Source of the DNA: Alphaproteobacteria bacterium
GTDB taxonomy: Bacteria > Pseudomonadota > Alphaproteobacteria > Bin95
Length of the DNA: 57,653 nt
Reading direction: 5' to 3'
NCBI GenBank assembly: GCA_029978325.1
Contig: JAPOJR010000003.1
Span: 1-57,653, forward strand
A program made the position numbers and the translations under genes. Below, in pieces: positions 30,042 through 38,658 of the stretch (position 1 is its first letter; every line of letters starts with the position of its first letter). The notes below the pieces were generated by a model. It ran no database searches and was not told where the DNA came from. It saw only the letters and a program-made list of their open reading frames with translations.

Positions 30042-31730
30042 ATGACAACACCTGGTTTTAGAATGCCGATGTGGAATCGTCGCAAATTCTTGCAAGCCAG
30101 CGCTGCTATGGGCGTCGCCGCCTATGGCCTGGGTATGGGTCGCGCAACGGCGGCCGTTCCGATGGAGATGGACGGGTCGAAGTTCAAACTGACAGCGCCC
30201 GAGCCGAACGCCAAACGCGGCGGCGTGTTGCGATATGGCATCACCATGCGGCCGCCGCACCTGGACTTTCATCAGTCCGGCACGGTCAACAACCTGGGAT
30301 CGCAAGGTTGCATGTACGACAACCTGATCCGCCGCAATCCGAATGACAGCGGCAAGACTATTATTCCAGACCTGGCCCATAGCTGGGAAATCTCGAAGGA
30401 CGGCACGTCCTATACCTTCCACCTGCGCAAAGGCGTCGAGTTTTCCGACGGCGCCAAGCTGACATCGGCAGACGTCAAAGCCACATTCGACCGGATCGTC
30501 AAACCGCCAGAGGGCATCAACGTACCGCGGTCTGGGTTGTTCAAATCGGTAGAAAGCGTCAACGCGCTGGACGACCATACGGTCCAGTTCAAACTGTCCG
30601 TGCCACGCCCGGCAGACTTCATCATGGGCGCCATCGCCAGCGGCTGGAACGGCATCGTCCGCAAGAAAACGCTGGAGGATAACAACTACAACCTCCGCAA
30701 AACCCTGGATGTTCCCGGCACCGGCCCGTTCCAAAGCGTGCGCCGCGTCGAACAGGAAGTCTGGGAGATGAAGCGCAACGACAACTACTGGAACGAGGGC
30801 CTGCCCTATCTGGATGGGATTGAGTTCTATCACGCGCTGCCGTTCTCGCCGGAACTGGGCTCGGCCCTGCTGTCCGGGCGGATCGACTATGCCCGCCTGA
30901 TCGACCCGGTCACGCGGAAAGAGGTCGACTCCAAGGCCGGCATGTCGGCGACCGATTATTACCAGTCGGTTATCCAGGCGACCTGGATGAACGCCAAGAA
31001 AGGCCCGCTGGCCGATCCACGCGTCCGCCGCGCCCTGCACCTGGTGCTGCACCGCCCGGTCCTGGTCGACGTCGTCAGGGATGTGGCGCCGATGATGGTT
31101 GGCGGCTTCGTCTATCCGTTCTCCGACAAGGCGACGCCGATTGACGAGCTGAAGAAACGCCTCGGCTATATGGACAACACCGACTCCGCCATTGTCGAAG
31201 CGAAAAAGCTGATGGCCGAGGCCGGCTATCCCAACGGCATCACCGGCCTGGACTTCCTGGTCCGTGAGGTCGCCAGCTTCAAGCTCTGGTCGCAGGCGAT
31301 CCAGGCCATGCTCGATCAGGCGCTGAACGTGAAGTGCAACCTGCGCACGGTCGTTGAGTCCGTCTGGTTCGACGATGTCCGCTCCGGCAACTACGACATG
31401 GCCATCGGCGCCATCGTCTCAACGCTTATCGATCCGTCGGACTACTTCAACGCCTGGTATGCCAAAGGCGGCCCGCAGAATTACTCGAACTGGGAAAACG
31501 AGGAATTCGAAGGCTTGCTGAAGGTCATCGACAGCGAAGTCGACCCGGTGAAACGGCAAGCTGCCATCACCGCTGCCGAAATGATCATGGAAAAGAACCC
31601 ACCGCTGTTGCCGGTGGCCTGGGAAAAGATCAACGACGGCTGGTACGACTATGTGAAGGGCCATCGTCCGAACGACTATTTCGGCATCTACGATGTCGTT
31701 CGCTTCGACACGTTCTGGCTGGACAAGTAG
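30042..31730 (+). CDS. Family 5 ABC substrate-binding protein with Tat signal
   Basis: NRRKFLQ twin-arginine signal, PDLAHSW, LRKGVEFSDG, GTGPF. Confidence 0.93.
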   Translation: MTTPGFRMPMWNRRKFLQASAAMGVAAYGLGMGRATAAVPMEMDGSKFKLTAPEPNAKRGGVLRYGITMRPPHLDFHQSGTVNNLGSQGCMYDNLIRRNPNDSGKTIIPDLAHSWEISKDGTSYTFHLRKGVEFSDGAKLTSADVKATFDRIVKPPEGINVPRSGLFKSVESVNALDDHTVQFKLSVPRPADFIMGAIASGWNGIVRKKTLEDNNYNLRKTLDVPGTGPFQSVRRVEQEVWEMKRNDNYWNEGLPYLDGIEFYHALPFSPELGSALLSGRIDYARLIDPVTRKEVDSKAGMSATDYYQSVIQATWMNAKKGPLADPRVRRALHLVLHRPVLVDVVRDVAPMMVGGFVYPFSDKATPIDELKKRLGYMDNTDSAIVEAKKLMAEAGYPNGITGLDFLVREVASFKLWSQAIQAMLDQALNVKCNLRTVVESVWFDDVRSGNYDMAIGAIVSTLIDPSDYFNAWYAKGGPQNYSNWENEEFEGLLKVIDSEVDPVKRQAAITAAEMIMEKNPPLLPVAWEKINDGWYDYVKGHRPNDYFGIYDVVRFDTFWLDK

Positions 31731-31773
31731 CCCATTGCCTTGCGGCGTATCGGCTTCGACTGATACGCTGCCC

Positions 31774-31817
31774 ATTATCAGGCCAGCGCCGCCGGAGCTT
31801 CGGTTTCGGCGGCGCTG
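31774..31817 (+). terminator. GC-rich hairpin after the SBP gene (attenuator or stabiliser)
   Basis: CAGCGCCGCCGGA...TTCGGCGGCGCTG stem (about 31784-31817); no U tract. Confidence 0.4.
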
Positions 31818-31867
31818 CTGCGCTGTATGCAATGTTTCACCGCCTTTGCCACAAGGATGCTGCTGCC

Positions 31868-32698
31868 ATGCAAATTGTCGACGCTCAAATCCACATCTGG
31901 GGCTCCGGTCTGCCCAGCAACATGGCGCACCGTCAGGTCACCTCGTTCACTGCAGAAGACGCTATAACGATGATGGATGAGGGCGGCGTCAACGCTGCGG
32001 TCATCCATCCGGTCGGCTGGGACCCCAATTCGACCCAGATGGCGCTGGACGCGGTCCGCAACTATCCTGGTCGTTTCGCCATCATGGGCTCGCTGCCACT
32101 CGAAGAGGCTTCGTCCCGGGAGCGGATCGGCGAATGGCGCAAAACCCACGGCATGCTGGGCCTGCGCTATCTGTTTCTGAGCGATTCAGCCCGCGCGCAA
32201 CTGGATAGCGATACACTCGACTGGTTCTGGTCGGCGTGCGAAGCAGCGAACGTGCCGGTCGCCGTGCTGGCGACCGACAGTCTCGCCCGCCTCGGCCAGA
32301 TCGCCGAGCGGCATCCGGGCTTGCGCCTGACCATCGACCATCTGGGCGGTCGCGGCGGCAACACGACCCTCAAAGATGCCGCCGCCATGACGCATATGCC
32401 CGAACTGCTCAAGCTGGCTCGCCTGCCGAACGTGGCGGTCAAGGCGACCGGCGCGCCCGGCTATTCCAGCGAGAGTTATCCCTTTCCGGCCATGCACACC
32501 TATTTGCGGCAGATCTACGACGCCTTTGGGCCACACCGCATGTTCTGGGGCACCGACATCACCAAAATGCCCTGCTCCTGGCGCCAATGCGTAGAGATGT
32601 TCACCAAAGAATTGCCCTGGCTGCGCGCTGAGGACCAACCCCTCGTCATGGGTCAAGCGATCTGCGATTGGTGGGGCTGGAGCCGGCAGGCGGGATAA
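31868..32698 (+). CDS. Amidohydrolase_2 family protein
   Basis: VDAQIH, TIDHLG, VAVKATG, FWGTDI; AAGGA before ATG 31868. Confidence 0.88.
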   Translation: MQIVDAQIHIWGSGLPSNMAHRQVTSFTAEDAITMMDEGGVNAAVIHPVGWDPNSTQMALDAVRNYPGRFAIMGSLPLEEASSRERIGEWRKTHGMLGLRYLFLSDSARAQLDSDTLDWFWSACEAANVPVAVLATDSLARLGQIAERHPGLRLTIDHLGGRGGNTTLKDAAAMTHMPELLKLARLPNVAVKATGAPGYSSESYPFPAMHTYLRQIYDAFGPHRMFWGTDITKMPCSWRQCVEMFTKELPWLRAEDQPLVMGQAICDWWGWSRQAG

Positions 32699-32705
32699 GT
32701 CGGTC

Positions 32706-33530
32706 ATGCAACTCTCCCTCTCCGTCCGCGTCGCCGAGTCGCCCAAACGCAAGGACGTCGCCGATATTCCGATTGAAACCCTGGCGCCGCTGGCCAAAGC
32801 CGCCGGGTTCCGGGCGCTGTCCATGCGTGCATCGGTCGTTTCGGTCTCGTCCCCACCGGAACGGATCACAACCGTGCGGCGCGTACTGGAGCGCGAGGGG
32901 CTGGCCGTATCCATGGTCACCGGCGATATTCCGCTGGCGGCCAACAATGCCCAGGCGACGGATGCCATCCGCAATATCGCCCCTTACCTCAACCTGGCGG
33001 AGGCTTTGGATTGCCGCCTGGTCCGCATCATGACGCAACAGGAATCCGACATCGCCCTGGTCCAGCGCGCCGCGGACATCGCTGCCGAACGCGGCCTGAC
33101 GCTGGCCCACATGACCCATTGGGGCACGCTGATTGAGACCGTCGACGATGCCCTTCGCGTCGTCCAAGCCGTCAACCGCCCGAACTTCGGCATCGTTTAC
33201 GAGGCCGCCAACACCATGGCCTGCACCGCCGACTTCGACCCTGAGGCCGTGCGTCGCCTGGTGCCGCACCTGGTCAACGTCATGTTCCAGAATGTACACA
33301 AAGACCCGGCATCGCCCATCGGCTTCAAGTCCAACCGGCTGGGCCAGGTCGGCTTGCGCTATGTGCCGCTGCATGATCGAACCGAGTTGGACGCCGCCGC
33401 CATGGTCGAGGCGTTACGCGCCGAGGGCTATGCCGGTTGGATGACCGTGCACCAACCCCTGCGCGACGGGCAGACCGTGCCGGACGCGATTGCAGAGGCC
33501 GCAGCGGTTTTCGGGCCGCTGACAAGCTGA
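32706..33530 (+). CDS. Sugar-phosphate isomerase/epimerase-like TIM barrel (AP_endonuc_2), divergent
   Basis: Overall pattern (AKAAGF, GCRLVRI-like, PNFGIVYE, LRAEGYAG); metal-ligand positions altered. Confidence 0.75.
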   Translation: MQLSLSVRVAESPKRKDVADIPIETLAPLAKAAGFRALSMRASVVSVSSPPERITTVRRVLEREGLAVSMVTGDIPLAANNAQATDAIRNIAPYLNLAEALDCRLVRIMTQQESDIALVQRAADIAAERGLTLAHMTHWGTLIETVDDALRVVQAVNRPNFGIVYEAANTMACTADFDPEAVRRLVPHLVNVMFQNVHKDPASPIGFKSNRLGQVGLRYVPLHDRTELDAAAMVEALRAEGYAGWMTVHQPLRDGQTVPDAIAEAAAVFGPLTS

Positions 33531-33533
33531 CCG

Positions 33534-33884
33534 CTATTCGATCGGCACAAAGATCGAATGGCGCAATTGCCCGGCAATCGCCTTGGAGCAATGGCCTTTG
33601 CCATGGGTATCCTCGACCAGGATCACCTCTCCCGCCCCGATCACACGGGCCTCGCCGTCGCTGGCCGTGATCTGGACGCCGGCATCCAGGTTGATGATGT
33701 ACTGCCGCCGCGGCGCCGGGTGCCAGTCATAGTCATAGGTGCCGGGTGTTTCGCGAAAAATGATGCCGGTAGCCGGCAATGTCGCCGACGTCTGGCCGCC
33801 TGGCCCCTGGTTTTTCCACTCCACCTCGATATCGCGGAAATGGGATTCGCCCTGGTCATCGACGTAGAGATTATGAATGCGCAT
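33534..33884 (-). CDS. Cupin-fold protein
   Basis: DDQGESHF, WHPAPRRQ, LVEDTHGKGH. Confidence 0.8.
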   Translation of the reverse strand: MRIHNLYVDDQGESHFRDIEVEWKNQGPGGQTSATLPATGIIFRETPGTYDYDWHPAPRRQYIINLDAGVQITASDGEARVIGAGEVILVEDTHGKGHCSKAIAGQLRHSIFVPIE

Positions 33885-34145
33885 GCCTGTGGTCCTTGGC
33901 TGAACGAGATACCGGAGCTTACCCCAATCGCGAGGAAGCGCCAGCCCGACGCGACCGACACAAAATTTTTACATAACTGAAATATTCCCATTGACTCACA
34001 ACCACAGTGTGACAACATCAGTATACAGATCAACCGGATCCACCCCATCGCTGAAGAAGCGATCAGACAATCCAGGACAACGGTCGATCTGAAGCGCGGG
34101 CATGCTATCATGTCCGCATCCGATACCAGGAGGTATGCTAGCCGC

Positions 34146-34181
34146 ATGAGTCCACCTGCTTATCACCTGGGGTCGCTCTGA
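34146..34181 (+). CDS. Putative 11-aa small ORF MSPPAYHLGSL (module 1)
   Basis: GGAGG at 34129-34133; paralogous to modules 2 and 3 with the same length; translation unproven. Confidence 0.35.
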   Translation: MSPPAYHLGSL

Positions 34182-34276
34182 ACAGAACGGCCCAGCCCAA
34201 ACGATGATCGCATGAGCGTCAACGCTTTGGGCCTACCGAACACAGGATATTCCGTAACCTGGAGGATGCTCTGAGC

Positions 34277-34312
34277 ATGATTCCACCGGAACAGAACCTG
34301 GGGCTGCTTTAA
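34277..34312 (+). CDS. Putative 11-aa small ORF MIPPEQNLGLL (module 2)
   Basis: GGAGG at 34261-34265; same M-x-P-P start and stop position. Confidence 0.35.
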   Translation: MIPPEQNLGLL

Positions 34313-34404
34313 CGAGATCAGCCCGCCTTAACCGCCGGTTGCGACAGCGCTGACGGTAGGACATGAGATTTAAAGTGTTCCGTTGCCAGGAGGGTGCGTT
34401 TCGC

Positions 34405-34440
34405 ATGACCCCGCCGGATCAGGATCACCGCCCTTACTAA
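34405..34440 (+). CDS. Putative 11-aa small ORF MTPPDQDHRPY (module 3)
   Basis: GGAGG at 34389-34393; same M-x-P-P start and stop position. Confidence 0.35.
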   Translation: MTPPDQDHRPY

Positions 34441-34455
34441 AGCGTAAGGGCAAAA

Positions 34456-34508
34456 GCGCGGTGCGCACGCCGGAGGATTGTCCCGGTAGTGCCGCCGCGT
34501 TTTTTATT
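34456..34508 (+). terminator. Rho-independent terminator-like hairpin
   Basis: GCGCGGTG(C)GCACGCCGG...CCGGT(A)GTGCCGCCGCGT stem followed by TTTTTTATT; AAAA on the 5' side suggests it may act in both directions. Confidence 0.65.
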
Positions 34509-34568
34509 GCATTGTAACACCGCCCCCATCGAACGGACCGACCGACGATTTCAAGTGCGCCCTGCTGC

Positions 34569-34671
34569 TAGAGCAACGCCCGATCAAATGGAGTCATTTG
34601 ATCGGGCGTTGCTCGCCATTCATAGAGTTAGAGCGGATTCACCCGATCCTATCGGATCGGGATCTGCTCTA
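34569..34671. repeat. Composite palindromic intergenic repeat (two dyads; copy 2)
   Basis: GAGCAACGCCCGATCAAATG-GAGT-CATTTGATCGGGCGTTGCTC (34571-34614), then TAGAGCGGATTCACCCGATCCTATCGGATCGGGATCTGCTCTA (34629-34671). Confidence 0.9.
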
Positions 34672-37155
34672 AAGGCGCTCCGCCCGTAGACGCAACGCGT
34701 TGCCGATGACCGAGACGGAGGACAGGCTCATCGCCACCGCCGCAATCATCGGCGACAGCAGCAATCCGAAGACCGGATACAACACGCCCGCTGCAATAGG
34801 AACGCCGACGCCGTTGTAGCAAAAGGCAAAGAAGAGGTTTTGCCGGATATTGCGCATCGTTGCGCCCGCAAGCCGCCGGGCCCGTACGATACCCGTCAAA
34901 TCACCCTTTACCAAAGTAATGCCAGCGCTTTCCATCGCCACATCAGCGCCGGAGCCCATCGCGATCCCTACATCGGCCGCGGCCAAAGCCGGCGCATCGT
35001 TGATGCCGTCACCGGCCATGGCCACTTTGAATCCCTGCCGATGCAAGGTATCGACCAACTCCCGCTTCGCCGCCGGGCTGGCATCAGCGTGAACCTCGTC
35101 TATGCCAAGTCGTTCTGCAATGGCATTGGCCGTGCGCTGGCTATCGCCTGTCGCCATGACGATGCGCAAGCCCGTAGCCCTGAGGCTTTGCAGCGCTTGC
35201 AGCGTCGTCGCCTTGATGGGATCGGCGACGGCAATGATCCCGGAGATGACGCCATCCACCGCAACGAACATCGCAGATTTACCCTCCACTTGCAGCGCCT
35301 CTGCGCGCGCAGCCTGTTCTGCGCTCGCGCCGCCAAAGCCGGCCATCATGGCCCGGTTGCCCAAAGCCACGGCCATGCCATCCACCGAACCCCGGACACC
35401 CTGGCCCACCATCGCCTCAAACTCTGAAACCGGAAGACGTTCAGCGCCCTGCGCTTCCGCCCCGGCGACAATCGCTTCCGCCAGCGGATGCTCCGAGCCC
35501 CGCTCCAGCGCCGCCGCCAATGCCAGCAAGCGCTGCTCGTCGAGCCCGCCAAAAGCTAGCACGTCGGTCAACGCAGGCTTGCCTTCCGTCAATGTCCCGG
35601 TCTTGTCGACCACCAATACGTCCACGCCGGCAAACCGCTCCAGCGCTTCGGCATCCCGAATCAGGATACCGGCCTGCGCGCCGCGGCCGGTCGCCACCAT
35701 GATCGACATCGGCGTCGCCAGGCCCAGGGCGCAGGGACAGGCGATGATCAGCACGCTCACCGCCGCCACCACCGCATAACTCAGCGCCGGCGCCGGCCCG
35801 AACGCCACCCAGCCGAAGAACGCCAGCACCGCAACGCTCACCACCGCCGGCACGAACCAACCGGCGACCTTGTCGGCCATCGCCTGAATCGGCGCGCGGC
35901 TGCGTTGCGCGCTGGCGACCATGGTAACGATGCGGGCAAGCATGGTCTCCGCCCCTACTCGCTCCGCCCGCATCAGGAAGGAGCCGGTCTTGTTCAGCGT
36001 GCCACCGGTCACAGCATCGCCAGCGGTCTTTTCCACTGGCAGAGGCTCGCCCGTCAGCATGCTTTCGTCGATAGCGGAATGCCCCTCGGTCACGCTGCCA
36101 TCGACCGGCACGCTTTCGCCCGGCCGCACCCGCAGCAAATCACCGGCCTTGACCTGATCCAGCGGCACGTCCCGCTCATCGGAACCGGACACGACCCGTG
36201 CCGTTTTTGGCGCAAGGTTCAGCAAGGCCCGAATGGCGTCGCCGGTGCGCTCTCTCGCCGTCAATTCCATCACCTGCCCGAACAGCACCAGGATCAGGAT
36301 CACCGCAGCCGCCTCGAAATAGACCGGCGGCATCCCATGCGCTGTGCGCAGTGAAGCCGGGAACACGCCGGGCAGCAGCACACTTGCCAGACTGAACAGA
36401 TAGGCCGCGCCGGTGCCGATGGCGATCAATGTCCACATGTTGAAATTGCCGGTGCGGATCGACGACCAGCCGCGCTTGAAAAATGGCGCGCCGATCCAGA
36501 CCACCACCGGCGTCGCCAGCAGCAATTGCAGCCAGACGTGCACCTGCGGCCCCAGCCAGTGCGCAATCGGAATGCCGGTATGGCTGCCCATTTCCAGCAC
36601 AAGCACCGCCAGAGCCAGAGGCGCGCCCAGCCAAAGCCGCCGCCGGAAATCCACCAATTCCGGATTGGGTCCGGCATCGGCGGTCGGCGTCATCGGCTCC
36701 AAGGCCATGCCGCAGATCGGACAATCACCGAATTCCTCGGTGACGATCTCTGGGTCCATCGGACAAGTGTAGAGCGTCCCTGCCGGCATTGGCTCCGGCT
36801 CCGGCCGGTCGCCCAACCAGGTCTCCGGATCGGCTTCAAAACGCGATAGGCATCCGCCAGAGCAAAAATAGAACCGCTCGCCCGCATGCTTGGCCATGTG
36901 CTTGGCAGTGGCGCGGAACACGGTCATGCCGCACACAGGATCGGTAGCCTCGATAAACGGCTCCGGCTCCGCTATGAACCGGTCATGGCACCGTGTTGCG
37001 CAAAAATGGAACAGATGCCCAGCATGCTCCGCCGACGGCTTGCCCGCGTGAGGATCGACGGTCATGCCGCAGACCGGGTCGCGGGTGACAGATTCAGAAC
37101 GATGAGCAGATGCGCACACAGGCGTTTTCCTCATATGCGAAAGGAAGCCAGTCAT
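34669..37155 (-). CDS. copA: Cu(I)-translocating P1B-type ATPase with two YHS domains (start may be 37134 or later)
   Basis: DPVCGM x2, [34 protein letters not shown] and MSLSS TM ligands. Confidence 0.93.
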   Translation of the reverse strand: MTGFLSHMRKTPVCASAHRSESVTRDPVCGMTVDPHAGKPSAEHAGHLFHFCATRCHDRFIAEPEPFIEATDPVCGMTVFRATAKHMAKHAGERFYFCSGGCLSRFEADPETWLGDRPEPEPMPAGTLYTCPMDPEIVTEEFGDCPICGMALEPMTPTADAGPNPELVDFRRRLWLGAPLALAVLVLEMGSHTGIPIAHWLGPQVHVWLQLLLATPVVVWIGAPFFKRGWSSIRTGNFNMWTLIAIGTGAAYLFSLASVLLPGVFPASLRTAHGMPPVYFEAAAVILILVLFGQVMELTARERTGDAIRALLNLAPKTARVVSGSDERDVPLDQVKAGDLLRVRPGESVPVDGSVTEGHSAIDESMLTGEPLPVEKTAGDAVTGGTLNKTGSFLMRAERVGAETMLARIVTMVASAQRSRAPIQAMADKVAGWFVPAVVSVAVLAFFGWVAFGPAPALSYAVVAAVSVLIIACPCALGLATPMSIMVATGRGAQAGILIRDAEALERFAGVDVLVVDKTGTLTEGKPALTDVLAFGGLDEQRLLALAAALERGSEHPLAEAIVAGAEAQGAERLPVSEFEAMVGQGVRGSVDGMAVALGNRAMMAGFGGASAEQAARAEALQVEGKSAMFVAVDGVISGIIAVADPIKATTLQALQSLRATGLRIVMATGDSQRTANAIAERLGIDEVHADASPAAKRELVDTLHRQGFKVAMAGDGINDAPALAAADVGIAMGSGADVAMESAGITLVKGDLTGIVRARRLAGATMRNIRQNLFFAFCYNGVGVPIAAGVLYPVFGLLLSPMIAAVAMSLSSVSVIGNALRLRAERL

Positions 37156-37277
37156 AGGAGAGGTGCAAAGCAGCGCCCGTCAAGGCGTACCTCCCATTTG
37201 CAGCAGCCCATTGACGGCTAACAGCCAATGCCGGACACTTTATCCCAGTTCGCCATGCAAACCTGGAGTCCGGCCCG

Positions 37278-38552
37278 ATGAAGTTTCTCTGGTTCCATCT
37301 GATGCCCTACACGGAATTGCCGGACGATTTTCGCGAGCACAATCCCTCGGTCTGGGTCGACATCCATTCGACCTTGTTCAAGCCCGAACGCGCCCACCTG
37401 ATGTACAACGACTTCCTGGATGAGCTGGAATACGCCGCTGACGTCGGCTTTGACGCCATCTGCTGCAACGAGCACCACTCGAACGGCTATGGCCTGATGC
37501 CGAGCCCGAATCTGATCGCCTCCGCCCTAGCCAGGCGCACCAAGCAGGTGCCGATCTGCGTCATGGGCAACAGCCTAGCCCTCTACGACCCGCCGACCCG
37601 CGTCGCCGAAGAGTTCGCGATGATCGACGTCATCAGCGGCGGCCGCCTGATCGCCGGCTTCCCGGTCGGCACGCCGATGGATACCTGCTTCGCCTATGGC
37701 CAGAACCCCTCCATGCTGCGCGAGAAGTATATGGAGGCGCACGACCTCATCATCAAAGCCTGGACCGAGCCGGAGACCTTCAGCTTCAACGGCCGCTTCA
37801 ACCAGCAGCGCTACGTCAATATCTGGCCCCGCCCGATCCAAAAGCCGCACCCGCCGATCTGGATTCCGGGCGGTGGCTCGGTCGAGACCTGGCGCTGGTG
37901 CGCGGAGATGGACTATGTCTACTCCTACCTCAGCTATTACGGCTACAAGGCCGGCATGGCGACGATGAAGGGCTTCTGGGAGGAGATGAAAAAGCTCGGC
38001 AAGGAGCCGAACCCCTACATGGCCGGCTTTGCCCAGGCCATCGGCGTGGCGGAGACCGAGAAAGAGGCGCTTGAACTTTACAAGGAGCCGGCGGAATACT
38101 TCTTCGACAAATGCCTGCACGTCGATGCCCGCTTTGCGGCACCGCCCGGCTATGTAACGGAAGCGACGCAGCGCGCCGGCCTGGAAAGCCAGATTGGCCG
38201 CGCCTCACAGACCCTGAACGCCGCGGCGGCGCAGCGCGCCATCTCCAAAACGGCGCGTGAGTTCCCGGCGATTTTGGAGAATGGCTATGTCATCGTCGGC
38301 AGCCCGGACCAGGTGGCGGAGCAGTTGCGCGAACTGGCCAAGGAACTGCATGTCGGCCATCTGATGTGCCTGCTGCAGTTCGGCAACATGAACAAACAGC
38401 TAACCCAGTACAACACCCGCGTCTTCGCCGAGAAGGTCATGCCGCAACTGCAGGACCTGTTCAAAGACGAGTGGGAGGACCGCTGGTGGCCCAAACCGCT
38501 GGCCGCAGCCGACACCGCCACTCCGGCGCGGACGACGCTAGCCGCGGAATAG
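37278..38552 (+). CDS. LLM class flavin-dependent oxidoreductase
   Basis: CNEHH, PSPNL, RVAEEFAMIDVISGGRL, WPRPIQKPHPPIW. Confidence 0.93.
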   Translation: MKFLWFHLMPYTELPDDFREHNPSVWVDIHSTLFKPERAHLMYNDFLDELEYAADVGFDAICCNEHHSNGYGLMPSPNLIASALARRTKQVPICVMGNSLALYDPPTRVAEEFAMIDVISGGRLIAGFPVGTPMDTCFAYGQNPSMLREKYMEAHDLIIKAWTEPETFSFNGRFNQQRYVNIWPRPIQKPHPPIWIPGGGSVETWRWCAEMDYVYSYLSYYGYKAGMATMKGFWEEMKKLGKEPNPYMAGFAQAIGVAETEKEALELYKEPAEYFFDKCLHVDARFAAPPGYVTEATQRAGLESQIGRASQTLNAAAAQRAISKTAREFPAILENGYVIVGSPDQVAEQLRELAKELHVGHLMCLLQFGNMNKQLTQYNTRVFAEKVMPQLQDLFKDEWEDRWWPKPLAAADTATPARTTLAAE

Positions 38553-38658
38553 CAGATCGGCCAACCGGCAATGGAATGGCTGTTGTGCGCCGGAAGCGTC
38601 TGGTGCGACGCTTAAAATACGCTAGGTGTGGCGGCTTCTGTTTCGAAACGAGGCCGCC

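Larger units (their letters stand above)
34119..34440 (+). repeat. Three degenerate ~130-nt-periodic modules
   Basis: Shared core TCCG-N3-CC-W-GGAGG-N1/2-TGC-N5-GCATGA-N2-CC-N-CC-N-G starting at 34119, 34251 and 34379. Confidence 0.8.

Noticed and set aside
33641-34147. 168-aa minus-strand ORF, and ORF 34489..34689, in the large gap
   Set aside because: No recognisable domain; one overlaps the cupin gene and the other runs through the terminator and palindromic repeat
34119-34440. Modules read as a CRISPR array
   Set aside because: Repeats are degenerate, spacers are 70-80 nt and self-structured, and there are no cas genes
34472-34500. A possible fourth module (GGAGG...GTG CCG CCG)
   Set aside because: Lacks TCCG..CC and TGC-N5-GCATGA, is off-period (83 nt) and forms the terminator stem
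37160-37260. Search for a CueR or CsoR operator upstream of copA
   Set aside because: TTGACG and TATGAC are 21 nt apart and there is no ACCTTCC-type dyad
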